From assembly GCA_004022145.1 (NCBI GenBank), contig RCNU01000011.1: 64,000 nt of DNA. One strand, given 5' to 3'. The notes below the pieces were generated by a model, which saw nothing but the letters and a program-made list of their open reading frames with translations, did not search any database and was not told the DNA's origin. Numbering within the stretch: the first letter of the stretch is position 1; each line of letters opens with the position of its first letter. The stretch comes from Paecilomyces variotii (taxonomy: Eukaryota). Both the position numbers and the translations under genes were made by a program. Positions 52,114 through 63,780 of the stretch are shown one piece after another.

Positions 52114-52853
52114 ATGTTCCACAGCTTTCTTCGTCGCATGCACGGCCCTACGTGTGGCATGCCACGTTTCCCGAATCGTCGAGCTTTCTCATACGTGTCA
52201 ACGCACCAAGTGTTTCCAGCAAGCTTGTATCGATTTCAGCTGCACCGCGACTCAAAGCTTTATGACAGAGCCACCGAACAGAATGACTCGGAGTATGAAG
52301 ATGGAGTTGAAATCTCTGCGGACGGCTTGGTGCATCCGAATATTACAGCTGATTGTATGCAAGAGCGAATTCACACTTTTCGCCTGCTAACTTATTCAGT
52401 TTCTAACGGCGCATTACTTATGCCAAACACGCACTTTATGCAAGAGATCACACGAAGGTCATTCGATCACTACTTAGATATCGTGGAAAGTGGTCAATCC
52501 ATCACGGCCGAACCACATTATCTGTGCATACCTAAAGGTGATTAAACCCCTTGTCGTAATGTGCAAAGCTAATTTATCTCTACTCAAGGCACCACTATTC
52601 CAGAGTCATTAATTCTTTTCCGTGAGCGCACTTCTCGCTTCTCCCTTCAGCCTGCACGTCCGATGTCACTGGATAGTATGTTCAAGAGATCCCCTTCGAG
52701 AGATAGAATTACTGACAGGGTCAAGTTTTGAACAAAACGTTGACTCAGTTTTATTTTGACTATGGACGTGTTTTTAACCCAGATGACTGGCTTGGTAGAC
52801 ACCCCTACCATGAGGCATCTTTTGACGATCAGGAAGAGTGGATGAACACATAA
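52114..52853 (+). CDS. Tse2-like ADP-ribosyltransferase-fold protein, paralog A (triad degenerate)
   Basis: Introns 52355-52399, 52538-52588 and 52676-52725. FPASLYR...SNGALLMPN...CIPKGTTIPESLILFRERTSRFSLQPARPMSLDILN matches the Tse2 pattern LYR/GxS/IPxGTxIP/HYxxxPxxPM. Confidence 0.78.
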
Positions 52854-53514
52854 TATGTAGGGAGGGAGGAAAACAGGGTCATTTGAGCTTCACTCTGGCT
52901 CCTTGCACCTCGTGACAAACTTGGGCATCGAATTGACAGATCCGTCCTTCTCCCCTGAATATTTTGTGGGGCGTGTCCTGCTATCGAAATAAAAGGCATT
53001 GTTTCTCAAGTGCCACTCACAGATGGCTTTCTTCCATAAGTCAGAATAGGTCTTCTTGTCTTCTTCTTGTATGACTCAATAGCCTTGTCAATAGCCTTGT
53101 GTGCAGTTATTCCTAGCCATTACGACATGTCAAAATGGTTCAGCCCGCGCTGACTAACCCTCTAACTTCGGTAGATACTTGCATGTGTCCTGTGTCTTTT
53201 CCAATCTTGGTATCCTCTTCTTCGACACTGGCACAACTGCATTTATGACCCAACCGTCTGATTGGGCAGGTGAAGCCAAGACAGAATAACCGCCAGGAAC
53301 ACAATTGCCGCTTTATCCCCTCGGTTAGTCTAGTGTAAGATAATTGCACTGGGCTACCGCTACGGACCAAAAGATCTTGAGTCAAGAAGAATCATCCTAC
53401 GTATCAATTGATAGCCAGCCTACAACTAGATAATTGTTCCCGTTGACCGTATCTCTCCGGCCAATAGAAATGCGGACATGATTGCTTCACAAGGAAACAT
53501 CCTTCAGGTAAAGC

Positions 53515-54146
53515 TTACTCAGTTGCCTGAGGGTACCGCTGCAGCCATTCGTCCTTGGTGAATCGCTGCCCCTTGGTGGTCAGAAAATCATTGATCTTTG
53601 AGTTCAGTTCTTTGTTTAATTGTCAGCAAGTACTTTCTTTTTGATGTTAGAGGTATATATTACCTTCCACTGTCATCTCCTCTCGGGCTTGCAATGAGTA
53701 ATGGTCGCCAAACTCGTGGACGAGAATGAGATCGTCAGGCAAAACAGTCCCTGTACAGGTATCGGATGAATAAAGACCAGAGGCTTCAGGAAAGTTAGGG
53801 GACGAACCTGCTGGAATGGCGTAGACATAGATCGAAGAGCCCCGGAAAGTGCGAACGAGATTCTGCTGTATTTCAGAGTTGGGGCGCATGGAAGCACCGT
53901 TTGGCCCTGGACCGATATATTAGTGACGTGAATTAGATATCTTGGATCCATAAATAATGTACATTCATAAGTAGCCGGATTGAGAGCCTTAGGTTGAACC
54001 TTTCCTGCGGTTGTAAGAAGATCGAAGCTGCGTTTCGGTCGCACAGGGCCTGGCTGAGCGCGGAGGCGAACAGTAGCCCCTGTGTTCAGGCGGAACAGCT
54101 CCTTTGGGACCTGAGTGAAAGACTGAATGAATCTGTTGATAGACAT
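53515..54146 (-). CDS. Tse2-like ADP-ribosyltransferase-fold protein, paralog B (R-S-H intact)
   Basis: Introns 53962-53907, 53807-53751 and 53663-53610. PKELFR...WPNGASMRPN...AIPAGTVLPDDLILVHEFGDHYSLQAREEMTVEELN...EWLQRYPQATE*. Confidence 0.82.
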
Positions 54147-54638
54147 CTTGATAGATTGAAACAGAAAGATTGGATAGAATGCTTGGAGTAATTCGGTCTG
54201 TTGGGAGATGGCAGTGTCAGGGTGGCCTATCTTGGGGTGGATGAAGATGATTAATTCTCTCTAGCTAGCTAACTGTGGATAAGACCAATGTCACGTGACA
54301 TCTAGTGCAACAACAATAACCGCCGAGAAACATGAGACACAAGATCTAGACGGATATCCAGAAACGACTAGACTCACCCATCCAGCTGACTCACCGGGAG
54401 ACCACAGTTCCAAAAAGTCTTCCATCGTGGCTATAAGAATCTGCTCCAACTCTCTTTGTCAGTTGTAAGATAGGTACATACAATATCCAACAGCCGATCC
54501 CTATGCATGATGGCTGGCAATCTCCGATCCGCTAAAGTCATACAACTCCTGTCGTCGCGGCCAACATCCAGTCGGGGCATTTCAATCAAGACGTCCATCA
54601 CATATAAAAGGCGCTTTCGGCACCAGTCACCCCGAACC

Positions 54639-55877
54639 ATGCAGTCTCAACCAAGGATCGCCATTGTTGGCGGAGGTCCTGCTGGGCTGACACTGGGTGC
54701 CTTGCTCCACAAGCGTCGTATCCCATTCACCATCTTCGAGCTTCGTCAGAAACCCACCGAGGAACAGCTCGCTCAGCCATCCGGGATGCTTGACCTTCAC
54801 GACGAATCTGGGCTTGCAGCTATCAGGGAATGTGGTTTGTACGATAAGTTCGTACCGCTCGTCGGAGAGTGTAGCGAAGACTTCATTGTTTCCGACAAGA
54901 ATGGAAACATCCTCCACACGCATAAAGGGGATGGTGCACGTCCTGAAATCTCCCGGAACAATCTAAACAAGCTTCTACTTGATAACGTTCCAGCAGATAG
55001 CATCAGTTGGGGTCAGAAGCTTATCTCTGCTACAAAGCCATCCAACTCCAGTACCGAAACTCTTCTCGATTTTGGCGCCCACGGCCAGCACAAGTTCGAT
55101 TTGGTGGTTGGTGCGGACGGCGCGTGGTCTAGAGTTCGCAATCTACTTACGGATACGAAGCCACAATATACTGGGATGCAGATCATCACAGTCACAATTA
55201 GGGAGATCACTAAAAAATACCCGCATCTGGCCGCCCTTGTCGGGTCTGGAACCTTCAGCTCCCTCGGAAATAAACACGCTGTCATGTCGCAGCGCGGACC
55301 TATCGACTCGTCCAGGATCTACCTATGGCTCTCACACCTAGACGAAGATTTTGCAAGAACCTCCGGCCTGGCTGATAAGGCGGCTACAAGTGCTAAAGAC
55401 AAGCTTCTAACAGACAATGCGCTGCTTGGCAACTTTGGAAGCCCCATAAAGGAGCTGGTATCCACCGCCTGCGAGGAGGAAGCAGCAGACCATCCGGGTG
55501 AGAGCCTGGATATCAGAGGGCTCTACACACTTCCTTATGGAACCTCCTGGGAGCACAAGCCTGGCGTAACACTTGTCGGTGATGCAGCCCACTTGATGTT
55601 GCCAAACGGAGAGGGCGTCAACCAGGGCATGCTTGACTCGCTTTTGTTATCCCAAGCCATTATCAAAGCCTATGAGACGGCCGGGAAGGGCCCCGATTCA
55701 TTCCAAAATACGATTGATCCGCTATTGAAAGAGTTTGAAACTGCTTTAGTGGAACGCGCAAAGGAAACGGGCAATGAGACGGAAGCTTTGATTAAGACCA
55801 TGCTTGGGAGCGACGACGCAGCACACAATCTTGCCGGTTTTTTCAAAAGCATTACGCAGCAGCAGCCGGAGAATTAG
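54639..55877 (+). CDS. FAD-dependent monooxygenase (group A, TetX-like clade)
   Basis: IAIVGGGPAGL, SGMLDLHDESG, RPEISR, DLVVGADGAWSRVR and VTLVGDAAHLMLPNGEGVNQGMLD; intronless. Confidence 0.9.
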   Translation: MQSQPRIAIVGGGPAGLTLGALLHKRRIPFTIFELRQKPTEEQLAQPSGMLDLHDESGLAAIRECGLYDKFVPLVGECSEDFIVSDKNGNILHTHKGDGARPEISRNNLNKLLLDNVPADSISWGQKLISATKPSNSSTETLLDFGAHGQHKFDLVVGADGAWSRVRNLLTDTKPQYTGMQIITVTIREITKKYPHLAALVGSGTFSSLGNKHAVMSQRGPIDSSRIYLWLSHLDEDFARTSGLADKAATSAKDKLLTDNALLGNFGSPIKELVSTACEEEAADHPGESLDIRGLYTLPYGTSWEHKPGVTLVGDAAHLMLPNGEGVNQGMLDSLLLSQAIIKAYETAGKGPDSFQNTIDPLLKEFETALVERAKETGNETEALIKTMLGSDDAAHNLAGFFKSITQQQPEN

Positions 55878-55967
55878 CGTTATAGCTATGTATTTAGTCA
55901 ATATGCACACCGATACCCATTATTTGCATGTCTTATGAATCCGCTCAGCGGAACGAAAGGTTTTCAT

Positions 55968-56049
55968 ACTGTCGCCTGAGCAGATCACTTGGAGCAGCTA
56001 GGAGTCCAGTAGCGGCACTGAGTCCAAGGAGAAGGTATGTGAACAGCAT
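55968..56049 (-). pseudogene. GH11 xylanase 5' fragment (signal and propeptide)
   Basis: MLFTYLLLGLSAATGLLAAPSDLLRRQ is a signal peptide with an RR Kex2 site; it joins in frame to the fragment at 49315. Confidence 0.75.
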
Positions 56050-56171
56050 AGTGAATAGCTCTGAAGCTGATGGTGGTTGGTAGATTGAGTTGACGAAATA
56101 GGATTGCTCTTGATCCCCGGGGCATTTAATGATTCCCAACTCGAGAGGGGACGATGCCGATGCACAAATTA

Positions 56172-56281
56172 GGCTAAATATTGACCATCCGGGAAATACA
56201 ACTTTTATAAGAACTTATGTTGACGGTGTTTGGTGTTTCGTGTTTGATGGGTGGGATATATCGTATAGGACTATTTTAGCC
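56172..56281. promoter_or_regulatory. Two XlnR-type GGCTAAA sites upstream of the xylanase 5' fragment
   Basis: GGCTAAA at 56172-56178 (+) and TTTAGCC at 56275-56281; TATAAAA on the - strand at about 56203-56209. Confidence 0.65.
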
Positions 56282-56509
56282 TAAACTTGAAACTCGCGTT
56301 GTTTCCACGAATGACGCTACGCCACCATTCCAATGCGACTTCGAGCTACAGTAGCACAGAATATCTGTATCGCTGATATTATGATTAGCATGCGCCAAAG
56401 AGGACAGATATCTTTCTATGGATACTATAAAGAGGTTATCAAGAGCGATTTCTCATCCCTTACAATAAGGATATGGTACGTGGGAACGTAGATTGTGTGA
56501 CTATTCGAT

Positions 56510-56800
56510 CCTCAATCCCCATCCTGATTCCACCAAGGATCCTTCAAAATCTAGGACATAGTGGCTCTCTCTGCGGGATTGAGCTTCATCATCTGGGATA
56601 TCATTTCCTTTGTCGCCGGGGTAAGATTTGGGAAAGCATCCTCCTCCCACTCACCGAATCGCATGCTGGGATCACTAGCTGTTTCAAAGTCAGCAAATCG
56701 TATTGACATATTCCTGGCAGCCGTGTCTGTCCCCGAAAGGGATCGATTTAGTCGACAAGAATCTCCTCTTCGCAATTAGTGCAGTATGTTCTGGTACCCA
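56510..56800 (-). pseudogene. Protein kinase C-lobe remnant
   Basis: ...RFGEWEEDAFPNLTPATKEMISQMMKLNPAERATMS*ILKDPWW (subdomain XI) with an in-frame stop; upstream frames are broken. Confidence 0.6.
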
Positions 56801-57583
56801 TAGTTCTGGTATTCAAACGCTCGACAACTAGAAGGTCACTGGTGCAACTGAAGAGTACAGTATATTTGTTGCATATTTCAAAGCATAAAAGCGCACTTCA
56901 GCACCGAGAGTTATTCGGAGAGCAGTTCATGGTCGGAGTTACCCACGCGCGAAACGCTTGGACGATTCACACTGGGAAGGTTTCTTCACCGTATTAGCTA
57001 GATCACCCTTGGCGTTGCTTTTACAGCCAGAATTGATCGCCAGCAGATTGCAGTTTCACAGTTAATAATTGCGATATTGGTAATATCCTCTTCTGCGTGC
57101 ATGATGAAGTCCTGCTCAGGCGGGGTATTTCCCGCCAGCGCGGTTTGATGCCGCGACTTACCAATCCCAGCTGACCCCGATTAGTAATCATCGCAGTCCA
57201 AATCGGAGAATTAACCGATTGATTCAAACGCACTAAAACCACGAGATACATAGTCGACATTCTGCTCTCTAGCTATAATAAGTTTAGTCTAATCAGAAAC
57301 CCCGTCGGCAATGGATTTCTATAGGTTAACTTTCCGGAAAGACATACTCCGTATCAAACTATCCAAGTACTACTGGAGCGGTACGGAACAATACTAAGCA
57401 ACCGTTTCTATGTGGATCTAGAATGTCTCCATTGCGTGCTGGCTATCTTTTAGCTCCTTGTCGGCATTATTGCCAGATGATGGTATATTAACTGCCGTGA
57501 CGCTGCTTCCTCGCTTCTAGGATCTCTGAAATCAGTCTCAACGCATTTATATAGAATACGTGATAGCAACTTCTCAAAACACA

Positions 57584-58359
57584 ATGGCGTCCCAGGTTGC
57601 GTTCAAGAACCCGGCAACGGCTACGCTGCTTGAGCTGGTCAAGTCCCGTCGTACATACTACGCCTTGAAGCCGGAGAGTCCTGTCTCCGACTCGGTCATT
57701 GAGAAGATTGTCGAGGATTCTGTCCTCCACGTGCCCAGCTCGTTCAACACGCAGACCACACGTGTCTTGTTGCTTCTGAAGAAGGAACATGAGAAACTAT
57801 GGGACATCACCATCGAGATCATGGAGGGCCTAGTGGCAGCAGGTACCATCCCGAAGGAAGCCTTTGAGCAAAGTACGAAGCCGAAGCTTGAAGGATTCCG
57901 GAATGGTTATGGCACGGTATGATACCCATTCCCGCGTGATTTGCCGCAAATCCGGAAACAACGAGCTAATGTGTAGTAAAGGTGCTCTTCTTTGTGGACT
58001 TTGAGTCTCTAGCTCCCATCAAGGAGCAATTCGCGCTTTATGCGGACAAATTCGACCCATTTGCTGTTGAGTCAAACGGAATGTCCCAATACCTTGGTAG
58101 GTCCTGAGCTATGTCGTATCATTTCCTTAACAATTTTACTGACAACTTTATCCTAGCGTGGCTCGCCCTGGAGGCTGAAGGCTTCGGCGCCAACCTACAG
58201 CACTACAGCCCATTGATCGATAGCAAGGTCCAGGAACAGTGGGGCATTCCAGCATCGTGGAAGCTCGATGCGCAGCTTGTCTTTGGCACTCCTGCCAGCC
58301 CTCCAGGGGAGAAGACATTTGCGCCCCTTGAGAATCGCCTCAAGGTCTTCGGAAAGTAA
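57584..58359 (+). CDS. Nitroreductase family protein (Hbn1/Frm2-like)
   Basis: KSRRTYYAL, HVPSSFNTQTTR, GYGT|VLFF and WLALEAEGFGANLQHYSPLID...WKLDAQLVFG; two introns. Confidence 0.92.
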
Positions 58360-58509
58360 TCCGGAGCGTTATTCAAGGTCGAAGGCCACATGTATATAGA
58401 TTGCGCCATGATGGAATGCTGATGTCTTCGAAATATTTCATAGACAGCTAGACTTATCCTTTATGAGAAATCATCTGGCTTGATTACATGTAATGCTGCT
58501 GGGCACGAT

Positions 58510-59450
58510 TCAAGTAAAGTGTGACACTGGACGCTCTTGTTTCACACCATCTATCCACATATCAACCTTTTCGTTGTAGAAGGCAACGCGTCCTCTGATA
58601 TCTGCACTTTCTGGTGTCGGGTTCTTGTACCACCAGAGCAGATTCTTGATCTTTTTCGTAGGGTGTTCGACATCAAAGTAACTCGCATCGCCCTAGAAGC
58701 CGATACATATCGTAAGAGGTCGGAAGGGTGCAACACAGAGGCTGGGGGAAGGGGGAGAAGGCTAACCTTATATGGGCATGAAGTTGTAAGCTGCGAAGGT
58801 GTAACGAGATCAAGACGGATATCCGTCATGGGAATGTATGCGCGCGTTGGAAGTCCCGTCTCATACAACAACCGCGCTTTCACGGTATTCGCAACTTCGA
58901 TGCCCTCTATTTCGACACGGATGTGTTTCGATGTCTCCAGGATGTCGATTCTCTGCTCATGGTTAGTATGAAAATCCAAGTGTTTCCGATAAGATAGGGC
59001 AAGGGGGGAACCTTATATGGGTCTTTCGGATGCACGTATATCCTTTCATCTTCCTCAAACCACGCATCAGCCTTACTAAAGATGACTTTAACAGAGTCCT
59101 GGAAGGGTCCAGCGTGGAAGACAGTCACGGCATTTTCCGCGACGCGATCATCAACCACGAGATCATATACTCGCTCTGAGTCTGTCGCCCCAGGCTTTTC
59201 ATTCTTAAGATACTCCAGGCGGACATCGAGTTTCTGGAAGTAGTAGGTCGGATAGTATGCGTGTTCCCAACTGCATAGAATTAGTATGTATAGACCAAAT
59301 CATCAACAGATCGTCATCATCGGGTTCCATCTCAACATACACCAGTTTGGCTTTCTTTGCATCTACCACAAACTTTCCGTTGAACAGTACACGCACTCGC
59401 TTGTCAACGTCTTCCGAATAACCAGCGTATGGAAAAGGTCGCGATGCCAT
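58510..59450 (-). CDS. DUF427 (tandem) domain protein
   Basis: KRVRVLFNGKFVVDAKKAKLV|WEHAYYPTYYF, WFEEDERIYVHPKDPYK|RIDIL, LYETGLPTRAYIP, TSCPYK|GDASY and CLLQRKVDMWIDG region (FYNEKVD frame); three introns. Confidence 0.88.
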
Positions 59451-60043
59451 CGCTCATGAATCAAGAGCGATCTATCTGAAGAATATTCTGCGTAATCTGC
59501 TTGAGGAAAATGTACTATCGTGGTTTTTCTATGGTCAAAGGTGTGAATTTGTGATCATGTCAGAAACGCTCCACGGAGATCAATGGATGCGGGATGCGGG
59601 GAAGCTCACGCTCACGGCAGGCTTTATTAATCTTCCTATTACGTCGGCAGACCTTGGAATTTCGGGCAAGGAGTCTCGACCACATTAAGAACACCACTAA
59701 GTATCTTAGACCGCTCTTTATATCATTGTTGTATCCCTAAAAAGATTAGAAGAGAATTGCACACTGTTCCGTCGAGTACTGCATTGCACAGGTACAACTA
59801 GTGGTGCCAGTAGTAGGTATACATCAAACTGGATAATGTATTCTTCTAACGAGACGTTTAGGTTAGTTTATGTTACTATCCTGCTCTAGATGTGCAAGTT
59901 CCACTGGAGTCTCTCTAAGGCCAGGGAAACCCCCGGAAAATATACCAAATAACGAAAAGTCGACAGAAAGTAAATGCACGCCTTGCCACCGAACCATAAC
60001 TATGACATTTGGATACTTATTTCTGTAAAAATGTGAATTGCGG

Positions 60044-61766
60044 CTAGAAACGATGATAAGAATAATGCTTAATATTCGCAAAGGGAGGTTTCCTGCTTAT
60101 AGTTGACATCGTATCCTGCTGTCTGTCTGAATTTCGTTCTAGGTTGCCTCCCTGTTTTAATTGTTCCCGAGACGGTGAGCGTCGGATGGTTCTCTCCCTC
60201 GCAACAGGAGCGGCCGATGAGCGCTGTTGCTTTTCAGCGTGAAGAGCAGACAGAGGCGAGTGTCGATTCTCCAGGAGGACTCGTATGTTCAACATGCTAC
60301 TTGAGGGGTTTGATAAGGCAAGGGCCTGGCCCATGTAACGAATGCTTTCTGCTGCCAGAGGGAGACCTCCAAAATGCTTCCCGACCGGCGGTATATTTCG
60401 GTTAATGTAGCGTGAACCGGAACCAGGAGGCATGGTAGCTTGAGAGTTGGATCCACCACCCATACGTTTCCCCGTGCCAGATGCTGTTGAGTCATCGACG
60501 ACGCCATCTGGGGATACCTGGGCATTGTTAGGATAGAAGATATAACTTCCAAAGGGGACTCACCTGGGACGAATATGTACTGCCAGGCATTACGACATAG
60601 TCTTCTAAAGATGAAGCTAATGTAGCGAAATTGAACCCTCTGCGGGACTGTATTGGTTCGAATTTCTGACCAACTTCATGACGGAAGTTGATCAATCGTT
60701 TCGTGAGTCGTTGATATCGGCGTAAATCCAACCACCAGGTAGGATAGTTACCAAACCACGCGTCTATGACCGGCTCTATCTCAAGAGAGAATTTGAGTCT
60801 ACTGTCCAAGTGAGGTTTCTGGATCAGCATCACAAAAGTGAACTCCCTCGGAAGGCCTGACCGCTGCAACGCGTTCTCGGTCAGCGACCAAACGATCTTC
60901 CCATCGTTGACATGATATTCCTGATTGTCAGGGCTGTCCAAAGTGCGCAACGACCCCTGGATCTTCATCATTTCATACAGTTTGTACTGTGCTTTCAGGC
61001 CCCCAGATGGGCTCAACAAGGCAGTCACTGGGGCATTGGTGATACCAAAAGAGCTAGCCAAGTTGAAATTCCATTGAAGTGTCTCTGGAGAAACGGCACC
61101 GTAAATCAGATGGGGCGCGTACATCAAGAAACGTGGGTTTTCGCGCAAATGACGACCATCATTCATAATATCTCGCGGATGATGTTCAATACTGGCTGTG
61201 ACTGTGGCAGCTTTAAATCGATGCGACTTGGAGTCGGACGGGTGGAATACAAAGTTCACAGCTAGGAAATCAACGAAGTCGATATCCGCCTCCGAAATGA
61301 TCGAGCTGGAGAAGTAGCCATGCTGCAGACGTTCCACATTTGCTGATATATAAGCATCACCTGGTAGGTGTCTCTCATATATGCGTCTCCGGTTCACCAG
61401 CAATCGAGAGTTCGTCAGGTTTGGATCACCGTCCTGTGGCGCGATGGGACGCAACCCAATGCGATGCTGTGGCGCCGTGGGAGGTGTATTTGTCGTATTG
61501 TAGATTTTGGTTTTCATTCCATTCTCTTCAACCATCCTGCTGCTTTGACGAGGTTCATAGATAAGACCTCGTACGGCAGATTTCGTGATGGTAGCTCGAA
61601 TGACCTCGCTGCCTTGCCCGTAACGTCTTCTGAATGACAATCTGCATCATCTTTAAACGGTTAAAAGGAGCGTTGGACGCAATACTTACGATACTAGAAT
61701 CAATACATTATCAAAACTAGGGTGCATATGGTGTCCGAGATATAAATATCGACGCAGGATCGCCAT
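60044..61766 (-). CDS. Conserved fungal hypothetical protein
   Basis: Short first exon (ATG 61766, gtaagt donor near 61689), a 370-codon open exon with FLAVNFVFHPSDSKSHRFKAA and APHLIYGAVSPETLQWNF, intron, and a low-complexity last exon. Confidence 0.75.
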
Positions 61767-62384
61767 GGCTGTCGACGGCGAGCAGCTGATGTGGACAAAC
61801 CAAATGACTACTACTATCACCATACCATCGGCACGGGCTGCTCTAGTGGTCGATCATGATCCCATGACGGATCTTTGAGCGAGAATCCTGTAAACAAGCA
61901 GATCAGATCGACCCTTTCGTTCTACACGGATAGCCATGGGGGCGCTTGATCTGATGAGCTCAACAGAGAGAAGCCTCCGCGAGTCAGAGTAGTCTAGTCA
62001 GGTATGAAAGCAAGGACAAAAAAAACCCACGAGAAACCCATCTAAGTGTGGCAGTTAGTTAGTGGAGGGCTTAATTATATCATACTGTAGAACATTATTA
62101 TTGTCGCGGCTCCACGCGCGGCAGAGAATTGACGATTCCTTCTCTTTTGTTCTTTAGCGTTGTTCAGGCACCAGAGCTGACTGTCCGATCGACGTTCCAA
62201 CTTACCTCGTTCATCATCGCCCTCCCATCGCGATCGCGATCATCGCAGGGACACCTCGATCCTGTAAGATGGCTACTTGCTCGACCGACATCCTATCTGC
62301 CTCCTTTGTGTGGCCAGATCCCATGATTCCTGAAGCTGAGCGCTGCGACGCCTTCTCCGTCTTAGCTATTATGATCTCTGGCGG

Positions 62385-63780
62385 ATGATGGCCTACCAAG
62401 AAGACCGGTTTCCTTGGCGTCGAAGGCCGCTATCGACTTCAAGGGACCGCGTTTGTCCGCGCGTGATCTATCGCTGGCGCGCTCTCTTGATACTCATTAC
62501 TGTGTTCTGTCTGCTTCTGTACAGAACGCCTACTCCGCCCCAGCGCAAGAACGATACCGGCGCCCACCGGCCGCCTCCACTACATGATGTCGAAATAAAG
62601 CCGAGCTTCCTGTACCGGTCGCCCTTTCGGCAAAATCCAGACCTGGATTATGAATATAAGCTGTCCGAAGCGTTAAAGTCACTGGAGCAGACGGCTCTGG
62701 AAGATGGCAGCGATGTTGGTGCGACCAAGAAGATTTGGCAGATCATGCTGCAGGAAGGATCGAATACTAGAGATAGAAACCCATATTCCGTACTCTTCCA
62801 AGAGTATAACCCAGAATGGCCAACGACGGTATGTAGCTTCGCCACGTGAGCAAAGTGACCTTCCCTAGCCACAGCTAGATCACAAGTATTGGTAGATGAC
62901 ATCTATCGAACAGGTGGTGACAAGGGACTGGGCAATCGAGTTCATTAAGGGACCGCTTTCAACGGTTCCAGATCTATTGGAACTCTACAGCTCTTATCCC
63001 CACGATGTCATGCGCGCAGACCTTCTGCGATATCTTATCCTCTGGTACCATGGTGGTTATTACGCCGACACCGATGTGTTTCCAGCTCGGACAATTTTGT
63101 CTTGTCCGTCACTGGAGCCTCTCTTTCAGCCTCTCTCGTCTTCTTACCGAAATAGGGCTTCTCTACAGCCAAATATCTCACTCGTTCTAGGGATCGAAAT
63201 CGATGAACCGTACGCTTCGCCTACGTTGATGCGCGACTGGCATTGGAGCAGAAACTACGGCCTAATTCAGTACAACATGTATGCTCCCCGGCGCTTCAGT
63301 CCGCTCTTGAGACGGGCAATCGTCCGGGTCTTGGCCCACACCAAAAGGCATAATTCTCGGAGGAAAACATTCCTGCGCCCCAGGTACGATGAAAGGACAA
63401 CGTTGGAAGTCACGGGCCCTGGCGTTTTCACGGACGCGATCCTGGACGTATTATCAGAGACCCTGCCACCTACACATCCTTTAGTTGAGACATCGGTCAG
63501 CGCAGATTCCGGCATAGGGGATCTCAGGTCTCATGCGGATACAGTGCAAAGGCGCGTGACTTGGGCGGCATTCCACAGGTTGAAACATCCACTCTGGATC
63601 GATGCGTCTGAGGCTGCACCAGGCAGGGAGATGGGCGGTCTCTTGGTCCTACCGGTAAGTGTATGGGGAAATGGTCAAAGGCATAGTGAAGCCGAGTGGT
63701 TCGATAGTCCGCACGCCTGTATTAACCACCAGTTTGGGCGCTCCTGGAAAAAAGGCTGGTGGGAGTATTTTTTTGGTTGA
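62385..63780 (+). CDS. Glycosyltransferase family 32 (Och1-like alpha-mannosyltransferase)
   Basis: N-terminal TM anchor, KIWQ, RADLLRYLILWYHGGYYADTD (DxD), TGPGVFTD and HQFGRSWK; intron about 62830-62913. Confidence 0.9.

Noticed and set aside
53077-53100. 12-bp tandem duplication CAATAGCCTTGT x2 between the Tse2-like genes
   Set aside because: Simple slippage duplication with no spacer; not an array or insertion signature.
49300-57300. Starship or other transposon as cause of the rearranged block
   Set aside because: No tyrosine recombinase, transposase, terminal repeats or target-site duplication seen in the window.
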